A DNA stretch of 64,000 bases from an uncultured Gemmatimonadaceae bacterium (GTDB taxonomy: Bacteria > Gemmatimonadota > Gemmatimonadetes > Gemmatimonadales > Gemmatimonadaceae). The stretch lies in assembly GCA_963822945.1 (NCBI GenBank), contig CAWGJO010000021.1, positions 192,001-256,000 on the forward strand, in the 5' to 3' direction. Below, piece by piece: positions 45,898-56,175 of the stretch. How positions within the stretch are numbered: position 1 is the first letter of the stretch; each line of letters begins with the position of its first letter. Position numbers and translations under genes: made by a program. Below the pieces are notes generated by a model. The model worked only from the letters and a program-made list of their open reading frames with translations, made no database searches and was not told the origin of the DNA.

Positions 45898-48087
45898 TGT
45901 CGCGGGCGTTGCGCAGCCAGTGGCTCAACATCGCGCTGGTCGTGGGTGCGGTAACGCTGATCGCCGTCGTGGTGTTGACGCGCGGCAAGGTGACGACCGG
46001 AGAACGCGAGGCGCGAGAAAATAACGTGCTCTCCGCCTGGCGCCCGGGGGAGCTGTCCCGCGTCACCTTCGACCGAGGCAAGGAGCACATCGTGCTCCAA
46101 CGAGAGGGGGACGAAGACGCCGGAGACGTGAGCTGGCAGATTCGGGAGCCCATCCAAGAGGAAGCGGACGCGTACGCCGTCGACAAGCTACTCGGGTCCC
46201 TGGAGTTCGCGCGCTGGGTTCGACGCATCGACAAGGGCGAAGTCGACCGCGCCCAGTTCGGGCTAACGGAGCCGCAGTGGGTGATGGGCATCTCGATGGG
46301 CAGCATCCACTACGACCTCCGCCTGGGGAAGGAAGCTGCGATGCCCGCCGGCTCGCACTATCTGGAGCTCGAAGCCAAGGGGGCTCCGGGCAGCGGAGTC
46401 GTGATCATCAGTCGGGATCTCGCGACGGAGCTCACCATCCAGCTGGCGGATCTTCGCGGACGCCTGATCCTGCCGTACTTCTCCAGCTCGCTTCAGCGCA
46501 TCGTCTTGGAGGGAGCGGGTGGCACCCGCAAGCTGGCGGCCATGGGCGACAACGTCTGGCGGTTCGACGGCATGCTGGGCAACGTGCGCGTCAATCGCGA
46601 GATATTCGATCAGGTGCTGGTGCAGTTCGCTCGCACCAAGGCAGACGAGTTTCTGAGCGAAAAGGCGGCCGCCGGCGCTCTCGACGGGGACGTCGTGAAA
46701 ATCACGCTGGTTCCCAAGGACGGCAAGCTTCCCACGGGGCTCGTGCAAGTCGGCGGGCAGTGTCCGGGCAACGACAAGGACGCGGTAGCGCTCCGACGCA
46801 AGCCCGACGTGCAGGGAGCCTGCGTGCCCAAGAGCGTGATGGTGGGGCTCACCCTACCCGCCGAAAAGTTGGTGGATCAGACGCTGTTTTTCGCTCAGAA
46901 GGACCAAGTCGAGTCCATCAGCATCACGCTCGGCGAAAAGAAGCTCGACCTGGAGCGCAAAGACAACGGCTTCGTCATGCTCGCGCCAATCAAGACGAAC
47001 GTGGAGCTGGAAGCCGGCAACGAGTGGCTCGACTCCATCCTCGGGGCCGAAGGCGAGATCGAGAAAGCGCCCGACCTGGCCGCGCTGGGGCTCTCGCCTC
47101 CCGCGGGCCACATCGACATCAAATACATTCGCAAGACTGATTCGGGCCTGGCAAAGGATCGCGTGGACTTGGGCAAACGAAGCCCCGACGGCAAGCTGTG
47201 GGTGCGGCGGGTCAACGACGGCGCCGTGCTTCAGCTGGGCCGGGAGGTGGCACGACCCATCCGCGTGGACACCACTCTGGTGCGCGACAAGAAGGTCCTC
47301 GAATTCACCGCCTCGGATTTCCACTCGGCCGAAATCACCGCTGCCGGCGTCGGACCAACGGATCGTTCGCGAACCATCCGGCCAGTTTCGCTTCGACAAG
47401 CCCAAAGGCTACGACCCGGATGCCGGACTGTGCACGGACGTCGTGGATCTTCTGGGCTCGCTCACGGCCGAGCGCTGGGTAGCCGACAGCGACGACGGCA
47501 GCTTTGGCTTCGAGCACCCGACCGTGCGCGCTCGCGTGAGCTATGCCGCGGGGGACGCCGGTACTCAGGAGCGTCAGCTGGTGGTGGGTAGTCTGGTCAG
47601 CGGCGGCGCTTACGCGAAGCTCGCTGGGGAACCGGGCGTGTTCGTGATGTCTCGACGCGTCGTCGAAGCGCTTCAAGGGCTGCTCCTGGATCGCTCCGCT
47701 CTGATGGTGGCCCCGGACGAAGCGAAAAAGGTGACCCTGGAGCGAGACGGCAAGAAGGTCGAGCTGTCACGAGAGGGGGACCATTTCACTCAGACGGCGG
47801 GACCGGAGCTCGGCGCCTCCTCGGTCACGAAGATCATGGAAGCCCTCGCGGGCCTTCGAGCCGAGGCCGCCGTTCATCTCGGTGCGGCGCGCCCCAGCGA
47901 AGGTCTGACCAAGCCCACCCTCGTGGTCCGCATCGAGCCACCGGGCGGCGGCAAGCCACGGCAGCTCAGCTTTGGCGCAGGGGACGCTTATCAAAACACG
48001 AGCATCGTGTACGCGCGCTCGGGCAGCGTGGACGCGACGTTCGTGATCGCCAAGAGCAAGGTGACGGAGCTACTCGACGCACTGTGA
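45897..48087 (+). CDS. DUF4340-like repeat membrane-anchored protein (frameshift ~47352)
   Basis: N-terminal TM; repeated W/F...P...AD...(F/L)GL..P units; usual fourth gene of GldA/F/G-like operons; continues into ORF 47443-48087. Confidence 0.75.
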
Positions 48088-48130
48088 CCGGGTTGACAGG
48101 CCGTCGGCGCGGCGCTCTGCTGGCAGCGTC

Positions 48131-48466
48131 ATGAACAAGGCCCTCATGCTCACGGTGGCAGGCATCGTCCTGGCCACGGCGTGCACTATCAAGACCTACA
48201 AGAAGAACGAGCCGCAGGCGCCCACGGCCACGGCCACGGCGGCACCGGCGGCCACGCCGGAGCCCGCACCCGCGGTCGACGCCGGCTACGACCCCTGCGC
48301 CGGCAAGGCCTGCGGCGACCGCTGCCGCGTGTGTGATCCCAAGGTCACCACCTGTCTGGAAACCGCGGTGATCAAGCTGTGTCATCCCGACGGCCAGTGC
48401 CTGCCCGCGACGACGGTCGACTGCTCGGCACCGGACGCCGCGCCCGCGCCTGCCGCAACGCCCTGA
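48131..48466 (+). CDS. Small Cys-rich lipoprotein
   Basis: MNKALMLTVAGIVLATAC; Ala/Pro linker; 8-Cys C-terminal domain. Confidence 0.75.
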   Translation: MNKALMLTVAGIVLATACTIKTYKKNEPQAPTATATAAPAATPEPAPAVDAGYDPCAGKACGDRCRVCDPKVTTCLETAVIKLCHPDGQCLPATTVDCSAPDAAPAPAATP

Positions 48467-48470
48467 TCGC

Positions 48471-48860
48471 TCAGCTCGCGAGCGTCTTCTTCTTGCGCTT
48501 GTAGATCGCGTCCCAACCGCGGCGGTACTCGTCCGTCGCGACTTGCGGCGGCCCGCCGCGGGATGTCACTTTGGGTGTGGCGTCGAGCTCCACGTCGACG
48601 TCACACACGACGGGGAGCTCCGGACGCGGCTTGAGGCGCACGACTTGGCCGGCGATCGGCTTGCCGTGCTCCATCGGGCGCACCACCCCGGTCTCGACCT
48701 GCCCCTCGCGAAAACGCAGCACGCCGACGCCAGCACCGTCCGAAGTCTTCGGGCCGAGCACCACGAAGTCTTCCTTCGCGGGAGCTGCCGGCTTGTCCGC
48801 CTTGCCGACAGCGCTCGGGGCGGTGCCGTTGCCGTCAGCGGCTTTCTTGCTCTTGTCCAC
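48471..48860 (-). CDS. Hypothetical cytoplasmic protein
   Basis: 129-aa ORF with a beta-rich core and C-terminal ATDEYRRGWDAIY motif. Confidence 0.7.
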   Translation of the reverse strand: MDKSKKAADGNGTAPSAVGKADKPAAPAKEDFVVLGPKTSDGAGVGVLRFREGQVETGVVRPMEHGKPIAGQVVRLKPRPELPVVCDVDVELDATPKVTSRGGPPQVATDEYRRGWDAIYKRKKKTLAS

Positions 48861-48907
48861 GAGGGTCCACCAAGTCTAGCTCGAACGGACGCCTCGGGCG
48901 AAAGCGG

Positions 48908-48931
48908 GATTTGTTGGTCCGGCGCGAATCC
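48908..48931 (+). repeat. Dispersed intergenic motif, copy 4
   Basis: gatttgttggtccggcgcgaatcc. Confidence 0.75.
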
Positions 48932-48934
48932 GTG

Positions 48935-49627
48935 CTAGCGGGGACGGGAACGCTGTCTCGGTCCCTGGTTGCGCGAGGTCCCCAGCACTTGGGACAGAGT
49001 CACCCCGACCTGCAGCTGAGGGCGGTCCGGGGCGCCCCACTGCCAACGTTCTATGGCACGCCCGTCGGCCAAGATCCGAAAGCCGCCGAAGTCGAATCCC
49101 ATGGTGGCAGCGCCGAACGGCGCGTAGATGCCGAAGCCCCCGTCGTCGTCCACGCGGTCGTAGATGAACAGGTCGACGCCGGCCCCGATGGTGGTGAAGA
49201 ACACCGGAGAGCGGTAGCCGAGAAACAGGCTCATGGGCATGCCGCCGCCACCGCCCGCGGGCGACGTCCACACCTCCCCGCCAATCAACACGCCGCCGAC
49301 AGGGCCCGGTCGCGCGTACCCATCGGTCGCGAACGCCTCCAGCTCGATGCGCCCGAACCAACCGTTTTCCGTGTTCTCGCTGAAGGTCCGGCCAAAGGTG
49401 CCGCGGACGCCCGCGCCCGAGTCTCCCGGGTGCGCGTTCTCCAGCTCCGCTGCGTCGACCTGGGTCTCTTGCCCGTGGGCCACTGCGCGCTGCTGCTCCG
49501 CGTCTTGGTCCTCGGGCGCGCCCACGGCGATGGTCAAGGAGCCGCCGGCCCTGCTCTTGGTCTGGGCGAACGCGGTAGCCGAGACCGAAACAAGAGCCAT
49601 GCAAACCAGCGCCGGGCGCACGCGCAT
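48935..49627 (-). CDS. Hypothetical outer-membrane beta-barrel protein
   Basis: Signal MRVRPALVCMALVSVSATAFA, Gly/aromatic strands; the ATG overlaps the SH3-gene stop (TGATG). Confidence 0.7.
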   Translation of the reverse strand: MRVRPALVCMALVSVSATAFAQTKSRAGGSLTIAVGAPEDQDAEQQRAVAHGQETQVDAAELENAHPGDSGAGVRGTFGRTFSENTENGWFGRIELEAFATDGYARPGPVGGVLIGGEVWTSPAGGGGGMPMSLFLGYRSPVFFTTIGAGVDLFIYDRVDDDGGFGIYAPFGAATMGFDFGGFRILADGRAIERWQWGAPDRPQLQVGVTLSQVLGTSRNQGPRQRSRPR

Positions 49628-50509
49628 CACATCCCGATGGCCGTCTTGAAGACCCAGCCTTCGCTCCCCTTGGCGTCGTACTTCACACGGTACCAGTCGT
49701 CCTGCCGTCCGCTCACCACCACGCGCGTGCCGCGCAAAATGCGAGCGACGATAGCGCCGTCTTTGGGCTTGTCGCGGATGATGGCCACGTCCCAACTGAC
49801 GGTGGCGCGCCCGCTGGCCTCCGTCACCTGAGGATCCGCGGAGCCCTTGTCCCCCGGAGGCTTCAGCGTAACGAGATAGAAGGCGGTGTATTTTTGGTAC
49901 TGGTGCTTCACGGCGTCGAGGGACACCGTGTCGAATTCCTTCTTGGCGCACTCGAGCAAAGCGTCCGCCGTGGCATCGGGCAAGGTCGTGCTCTTGCCAC
50001 GCAAGTAGTCGACGACCTTCTTCTTGCCGAAGTCGAGCTCCAGACCCCAGGCTGAGGGTGCCCTCGGCGCTCTCGGCAGCCGGACAGGTGACCAGCGACT
50101 GCAGCCGCGCCATCGCCACGCCTTCCAGCTCCAGGGAGCCGCACTCGTTCTTGCGGTGCCCCTCGGCGTCGTAGCAGCTCGTGATCTGCAGCTCGCCGAT
50201 ATCCACGCGGTCGCTCACGTCGGCCGGTGGGGGTTTGTTCCCCGCCGCTTGCGTGGCCGCCGGGGCGACGGCCGCCGCGGGGGGCGCGGGATCCCCCGAG
50301 CCCGCCGGCGCGCCTTCGTCGTCCGCCGAAGTGGCAGCCACCACGCCCTCCGTCGGAGCGCTGGGAACCAGCTGAACTCCTGCCAGACGGGGCCACAGCA
50401 CACCGATTGCGAAGCCCACGACGGTGATGATCCCGACCCGAGCGATCCGGGGCTTGTCCTCGTTGGGCTTCGGGAATTCGACCTTCAGGCCGGCTTTGGT
50501 CGTTGCCAT
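49627..50509 (-). CDS. Membrane-anchored protein with a C-terminal bacterial SH3 domain (frameshift ~50046)
   Basis: TM IITVVGFAIGVLW; C-terminal AIIRDKP..GAIVARILRGTRVVV..RQDDWYRVKY.....GWV. Confidence 0.8.
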
Positions 50510-50581
50510 CGTGACGATTCTCGTGCCCCTGAAGGGCGAATCGGGCTTAGCACGACCGCGCCCAGATGGAAAAATGGGCGC

Positions 50582-51943
50582 ATGGGCTCGGGCCGGAAAC
50601 TCGGCGGGCTGCTCGCGGCAGCCATTTTGGCGCTCGGCGCCGGGGTCTGGGCCCGGCCGCGCCTATTGCCAGCCTCCGGCGCCGTCGTCGGCCTGCGGGT
50701 CGACGGCCATGAGCTGCGACCCGGTCAGGACGTTCGCGAGGCGGTGGCGGCGCGGGCGCGCGAGCTGCTCTCGCGCGAGCTCGACGTTCGCATCCACGAC
50801 ACGACCCGCAAGCTCAGCTTTGCGAAGCTGGGTCTTCGTGTGGACGTGGCTCTTGTGGCTCGACGGGCAGGCGCCATCGGCCGTCACGGCAGCCTGGCGC
50901 TCAGGTTGGACGAGCTCGTCCGGGCGCGCCGTGGCGAGATCGACGTGCCCTTGGACCTGTCGCTGGACCCGAATGTCCTTGCCGGCGTGCTGTTGCCGCT
51001 GAAGAAGCGGAGCGACCAGCTCGCCAAACCGGCGCGCTACGACTTCGAGCACGACAAGGTTCTCGCCCACGACCCGGGGCGCTTCCTCGACCTGGACGCC
51101 TCCGCGGAGGCCGTGCTTCGAGCCGCTCGCAGCGGCGCCCGCGGAATCGAGCTCCCCTTCGTAGAAATCGCGCCGGAGGTCAGCACGGCGTTGGTCCGCC
51201 GTGCGCACCTGGACACCGTCGTGGCGCAATACGAAACGCGGTTCGGCCGCGGCGGCGACGCGGACAATCGCGCCACCAACATCGAGACCGCGGCCGCAAA
51301 GCTCGATGGCGTGGTCCTCGCGCCGGGCGGCGTGGTCAGCTTCAACCGCGTGGTCGGGGCTCGCTCACGGGCGAACGGCTTTCGCCCGGGTTGGGAGATC
51401 TACAAAGGCGAGATGGTCCGCGGCGTCGGCGGAGGCACCTGCCAGGTCTCCAGCACGCTGCACGCAGCCGCCTTCTTCGCCGGGTTGGACGTCGTGGAGC
51501 GGGCGCCGCACTCGCGCCCGTCGGCGTACATCGGGCTGGGGCTGGACTCGACGGTGTCCTGGCCCACCCTGGACCTGAAGCTCAGAAACCCTTGGTCTTT
51601 CCCCATCTTCATCCACACCGAAGTGCAGAAGAACACGTTGCGGGTCACGCTCTTGGGCGCCAAAAAGCCCGCCGAGGTGCTCTTCGCCCGCGATACGCTG
51701 GCGGTCATTCCCTTCAAGCGCAAGGTCACGACGAGCGCCTGGCTGCCGGAGGGCACCATCGTCAAAAAGCAGAAGGGCATCCGCGGCTATCGCATCCGCC
51801 GCACCCGCCGAATCGTACCGATCACCGGTGCAGCTCGCGTGGAAACGACCATCGACGTGTACCCGGCGACCCCAGAGCACTACATCGTCCCACCGGGAAC
51901 GGACTTGGAAACGGCGCTCCCGCCCGAGCCCTCCAGCGCCTGA
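50582..51943 (+). CDS. vanW: VanW family protein with a putative peptidoglycan-binding region
   Basis: [51 protein letters not shown]. Confidence 0.88.
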   Translation: MGSGRKLGGLLAAAILALGAGVWARPRLLPASGAVVGLRVDGHELRPGQDVREAVAARARELLSRELDVRIHDTTRKLSFAKLGLRVDVALVARRAGAIGRHGSLALRLDELVRARRGEIDVPLDLSLDPNVLAGVLLPLKKRSDQLAKPARYDFEHDKVLAHDPGRFLDLDASAEAVLRAARSGARGIELPFVEIAPEVSTALVRRAHLDTVVAQYETRFGRGGDADNRATNIETAAAKLDGVVLAPGGVVSFNRVVGARSRANGFRPGWEIYKGEMVRGVGGGTCQVSSTLHAAAFFAGLDVVERAPHSRPSAYIGLGLDSTVSWPTLDLKLRNPWSFPIFIHTEVQKNTLRVTLLGAKKPAEVLFARDTLAVIPFKRKVTTSAWLPEGTIVKKQKGIRGYRIRRTRRIVPITGAARVETTIDVYPATPEHYIVPPGTDLETALPPEPSSA

Positions 51944-51999
51944 CATTTCCCCCTGGCAACTGCTGCGCGCCTGTCGGAGGATGCTCTTTGGACTCGCCG

Positions 52000-53736
52000 A
52001 TGAAGGCCTGCCCGCAATGTAATCTCAAGTACCCGAGCGACAAGACTGCGTGCTTCGTCGACGGGTCGACCCTGGTAGAGATCCAGGATCCGCGCATCGG
52101 TACGACCATCGCCGGCCGCTACCTGATCGAAGACGTGCTGGGCGAAGGCGGCATGGCCACGGTGTACCGAGCTCGGCACCGGCTGATCGATCGGCCGTGT
52201 GCCGTCAAGATCATGAACCAGAGCCTGGTGGGCAATGAGGTGATCCGCGAGCGCTTTCGCCGCGAAGCCAAAGCTGCCCAGAAGCTCGCTCACCCCAACA
52301 TCATCGAGATCTTCGACCAGGGCGAAACCGGCGACGGCGGCTTGTATCTGGTCATGGAGCTGTTGGAGGGCGAGACCCTGGCAGACCTTCTGGAGCGCGA
52401 GCATCGGCTGCCCCTGGAGCGGGCTCTGCCCCTGTTGATCCAGATCGCTCGCGCCCTGGCCCGCGCCCACGATCTCGAGGTCATCCATCGCGATCTCAAA
52501 CCCGAGAACATCTTCGTCGCGAAGGATCCCGAAGGCGGCGACCGCGCCGTGCTGCTCGACTTCGGCATCGCTCGATCGCTGCAGGACTCCCGACTGACAG
52601 GCAGCGGCGAGGTGTTCGGAACGCCGCAGTACATGGCGCCGGAACGCATCACCAGCATCGACGCGGGCCCGGCGGCGGACCTCTACGCCGTGGGCGTGAT
52701 GATGTTCGAGATGATCACCGGGAAGCTGCCCTTCGACGCGCGGGACGTGGCGGGCTACTTCATCAAGCACCTCAAAGAGGCTCCGCCGTCGATGCTGTCC
52801 ATCGACAGCAGCATTCCCAAGGCTCTGGACGATCTGGCCCAGCAGCTGATGGCGAAAACCCCGGAGGAACGCCCGGTAGACGCCCACCGGCTGGTCGCGG
52901 ATCTGACCGCCATCGCCGGTCCTCTGGGTGCGCGAATCCCCGAGGAGCCCAAAGAGGAAGAAGAGAGCTTGCGCGGGCACGCGGAGACGTTGCCGCCCGT
53001 CGCCATCGATCGCTGGGTGCGGCGCACGGCGGTCTTCGAGCAAATGCTGTCCAAGGCCTTTCCGGACGACCGCCCCAAAGATCTCTCGGAGCTGCTCGGC
53101 CAGGTCAAAGCGCTGGTGCGAGAGATCACCACGCTCCGCAGCAAGAGCCTGGCGCAGCAGCGTCACCTCGAAACCATCGAGACGCGCGGACGCGACGGGC
53201 GCCAGCGTTTCGGTAACGCCGTTCACGCGCTGGGTGTGGATGCCAGCCGCGCCCGCGACGAGGCCAAGCTGGCGCTTTCCGCCGCGACGGAGGTCGACAC
53301 CACCCTGGACGATGCGCGCGACGCCGTGCTCGAGTCACACCGCAATGTGATGTTCTGGGAGGGACGCACCGGGTTTCAGGCCCCCTACCCCGAGCTCGCC
53401 GAAGCGTATCGCGCGGTAGCCAAGAAGGTGGACGCCTGGGTCGCCGCCGGCAAGCGCCGGAGCGACGCGGAAAAGCTGGCCGCCGAGAAGAAGGCGGAGG
53501 TGGACGATTTCGAGTTCCAGATCCAGGAGCTGAGGAACGCTCTGGCCAAGGCGGAAGAAGAAATCGAGCGCGAAACCGCAGAGACGCAAAAGAGCATCAG
53601 CGAGATGGGCGACCAGGCCGACGCGCTAGAAGCCGAGCTGCTCGAGCTGGCCACCCGCTTCTGCGCTCCGCTGCGCAAGCGCCCGGAGCTCCGCGAGCTG
53701 TTCCACGACCTGGAAGCCGACGCGGAAGCCGCCTGA
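52000..53736 (+). CDS. Ser/Thr protein kinase with N-terminal zinc ribbon and C-terminal coiled coil
   Basis: MKACPQC...[38 protein letters not shown]; Ala/Glu/Lys-rich helical tail. Confidence 0.93.
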   Translation: MKACPQCNLKYPSDKTACFVDGSTLVEIQDPRIGTTIAGRYLIEDVLGEGGMATVYRARHRLIDRPCAVKIMNQSLVGNEVIRERFRREAKAAQKLAHPNIIEIFDQGETGDGGLYLVMELLEGETLADLLEREHRLPLERALPLLIQIARALARAHDLEVIHRDLKPENIFVAKDPEGGDRAVLLDFGIARSLQDSRLTGSGEVFGTPQYMAPERITSIDAGPAADLYAVGVMMFEMITGKLPFDARDVAGYFIKHLKEAPPSMLSIDSSIPKALDDLAQQLMAKTPEERPVDAHRLVADLTAIAGPLGARIPEEPKEEEESLRGHAETLPPVAIDRWVRRTAVFEQMLSKAFPDDRPKDLSELLGQVKALVREITTLRSKSLAQQRHLETIETRGRDGRQRFGNAVHALGVDASRARDEAKLALSAATEVDTTLDDARDAVLESHRNVMFWEGRTGFQAPYPELAEAYRAVAKKVDAWVAAGKRRSDAEKLAAEKKAEVDDFEFQIQELRNALAKAEEEIERETAETQKSISEMGDQADALEAELLELATRFCAPLRKRPELRELFHDLEADAEAA

Positions 53737-53747
53737 GCCGCCTCGGG

Positions 53748-53773
53748 GATTTTCGTTGGTTCGGCGCGGAACC
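53748..53773 (+). repeat. Dispersed intergenic motif, copy 5
   Basis: gattttcgttggttcggcgcggaacc. Confidence 0.75.
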
Positions 53774-53824
53774 AGCGCGGCGCGATGCTTGCCCCACTCA
53801 GGGACGATCCTTTAGAGGTGTTCG

Positions 53825-54275
53825 ATGCTCGGCCGCCATTTCTTGGTTCTGTCGTTCGTCGGCTTGCTGAGCGGCTCCGCGTTGGCCGAGATTCCTTCCC
53901 CCGGACGACTGCGGGATGAGGCAGCCCGGCGCTCCCTGCAACAACGCGCCGCCCCCGGATGCGACCCCGCAACAGGTCGACCAGGGGATGGTGCCCTTCA
54001 ATAGTCCGGGGCGCTGCACTTCTGCGACCTGCACCAAGTACTCCCCCCGGATAGGGCCGATGCAGGTCCCATGCACCATTTGCGTGCCTCAGGCCGCGCC
54101 TCGGAGTGACTCGGGAGGCTCGTGCGCGGGCTGCGCGATGGCACCCACCACCGCGTCGGCCGCGCCCTTCGGCTTTCTCGCGCTGTTGGCGCTGGCCGGT
54201 CTGCGTCGACAGCGCCGGCGCAACTTTGTCTCGGCATCGCCTATGTCGCGTCGAAGCAGACTTCCACGCGGTTGA
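53825..54275 (+). CDS. Small Cys-rich exported protein with a MYXO-CTERM-like tail (frameshift ~53900)
   Basis: Signal MLGRHFLVLSFVGLLSGSALA joined to ORF 53916-54275, which includes GGSCAGCAM...FGFLALLALAGLRRQRRR near its end. Confidence 0.65.
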
Positions 54276-55244
54276 CGATCAAGGCGCCGGACGGACCCGC
54301 CGGCTTGATGCGCAACAGGATGCCGCCGTCGCCGGCCGTGAACGCGGCGGTGGCATTGGCTTGGTACCATTGGTAGGGCGCGCTGTTGGCGACACCGCCG
54401 TAGGGCGATGCGCCGGTACCCTTGAAGGTCTGCCAGGTGAAGCTGCCGCTGGCGGTGGTGTTGAAGCTGCGGCCGTAGATCGCGAGCGTCACGTTCTTGA
54501 TCGACGACAGGCCCACGGTGCTCATGTCGACATCGATGAAGGCCGTGCCCTCCAAGTCGAGCCCCCCTTGGGCCAGGAACGTATCGTCGAACTTCGGCGT
54601 GTAGCCGATGTTCTGGGAGTAGGCACCGACATGCCAGTTCGAGGTGTCCGGTAGATTGTTCAGCTCGTAGTCCACGTACGCGGTGGATCCGGGACCATTG
54701 CCCGCCCAGCGAAAACGCATGGCGTAGCTCCCCGTTGCGCCGGAGATGCAGCCGCCGGTGCTGCCGCCGCTGCCCCCCGTGCCGCCACTGCCCCCCGTGC
54801 CGCCACTGCCCCCCGTGCCGCCACTGCCCCCCGTGCCGCCGCTGCCCCCCGTGCCGCCACTGCCACTCGTGCCGCCACTGCCGCCGCTGCCGCCCGTGCC
54901 ACCGATTCCGCCACTCCCGGCGATTCCGCCACGCCCAGCGCCGCCGGTTCCGCTCGCGCCGCCGGTTCCGCTCCCGCGCCGCCGGTTCCGCTCCGCCGCC
55001 GTTCCGCTCGCGCCCCGGTTCCGCTCGCGCCCCCGCTTCCGCTCGCGCCCCCCTCCGCCCTTCCGCCGCCGCTCCCGCCACCCGACGTGCCGCCCGTCGC
55101 ACCGTAGCCGCCGCCCCCCGCAGCCGTGCCCCCGAGCCCGCTGTCAAAACCAGCGCCTCCGCCGTTGCCCACGCCGTCCGATCCCGACGCGGCGCATCCC
55201 CAGGCCCCGAGCGCACAGATCAGCACCAGCGCCCTTCGGGGCAT
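54241..55244 (-). CDS. Gly-rich lipoprotein with an unrecognised C-terminal beta-rich domain (frameshift in the linker)
   Basis: MPRRALVLICALGAWGC, (TGGSGG)n linker, C-terminal domain in ORF 54241-54720. Confidence 0.75.
54763..54870 (-). repeat. Coding tandem repeat, 6 x 18 bp (TGGSGG)
   Basis: gccgcc(a/g)ctgccccccgt units on the + strand; the last copy is diverged. Confidence 0.85.
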
Positions 55245-55265
55245 CGTCAGATCCACGGAGCGCTA

Positions 55266-55291
55266 TACGTCGGCTCCGGTGCAGATGTTCC
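55266..55291 (-). promoter_or_regulatory. Possible ECF-sigma promoter
   Basis: Minus strand GGAAC-N17-CGTA, ~22 nt upstream of ATG 55244; pattern match only. Confidence 0.3.
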
Positions 55292-55314
55292 CCGGAGGCC
55301 GTCGCGTCCGTGCC

Positions 55315-55337
55315 GCTTCCGCGGCGGACCAACATTC
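55315..55337 (-). repeat. Dispersed intergenic motif, copy 6 (reverse orientation)
   Basis: Minus strand gaatgttggtccgccgcggaagc, starting within the methylase stop codon. Confidence 0.65.
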
Positions 55338-56175
55338 ACGCTCGACGCGTGCGGCCGACTCGGTTTTCGAGCAGCAGCTCGTCGATCTGTCCCCGCCCCG
55401 ATCCCTTGGAGTTGATCGGGCGGGACACCGGCACGATCTTGCCCTCCCAGCCGGCGAACAGCTTCTTCGATTCCGGCGTGTAGGAGTTGGACAGCACGGC
55501 CCGCACGCCGCGCGCTGAAAGCTCGCGAAACACGCGGGCCAAGCGGGCGTGCTCTCTCACGCCAAAGGGATGGCGGTAGTACGCGGCGAAGCTGGAGGTG
55601 ACCGACAGCGGCAGATAGGGCGGATCGAAGTACACCGCGTCGCCGGCGCGCGCTCCTTCACACACCACTTCGAAATCGGCCTCCAAGATTTCCACGCCCT
55701 TCAACGCGCGGGCAGCGGCCTGAAGATTGGCGGCGTCGCAGATCGTCGGTTTCGCGTAGCGACCAAAGGGCACGTTGAACTGACCGGAACGATTGACGCG
55801 GTACAGGCCATTGTACCCCGTCTTGTTCAAGTAGATGACGCGGGCCGCTCGCTTGACGAGGGCGCGCGGGCGCTGCGAGCGGATCTCGTAGTAGTCCTTT
55901 TCGGAGTGCGGCATGCGCTGGAGCGCGTCGATCACGCCTGCCACGTCCGTCTGCAGCGCGCGATACACGGACAAGAGGTCCGGGTTCTGATCCGACAGCA
56001 CGGCCCTCTTGAAGCGCTGCTCGGCGGCAAGCGCGAAGAACACCGCTGCGCCGCCGGCAAAGGGCTCGTAGTAGGTGTCGATCGACTCCGGCAGCAGCGG
56101 CAAGATGCGATCGAGTAGCTGCGTCTTGCCCCCGGCCCATTTCAGGACCGGGCGAGCCGCCGCGCCACGTCTCAT
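55336..56175 (-). CDS. dam: DNA adenine methyltransferase, Dam/D12 class (orphan)
   Basis: LKWAGGK, YYEPFAGGAAV, YLNKTGYNGLYRVN..G.FNVPFG, YFDPPY, LSNS. Confidence 0.92.
   Translation of the reverse strand: MRRGAAARPVLKWAGGKTQLLDRILPLLPESIDTYYEPFAGGAAVFFALAAEQRFKRAVLSDQNPDLLSVYRALQTDVAGVIDALQRMPHSEKDYYEIRSQRPRALVKRAARVIYLNKTGYNGLYRVNRSGQFNVPFGRYAKPTICDAANLQAAARALKGVEILEADFEVVCEGARAGDAVYFDPPYLPLSVTSSFAAYYRHPFGVREHARLARVFRELSARGVRAVLSNSYTPESKKLFAGWEGKIVPVSRPINSKGSGRGQIDELLLENRVGRTRRA

Noticed and set aside
48935..50509. 524-aa fusion of the SH3-gene N-terminus with the barrel protein
   Set aside because: An indel in the run at ~50046 explains it; two genes coupled by TGATG fit better.
55336..56175. 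Type II restriction-modification system or prophage marker
   Set aside because: The neighbours are a sigma54 activator and a lipoprotein; no endonuclease or phage genes are present.
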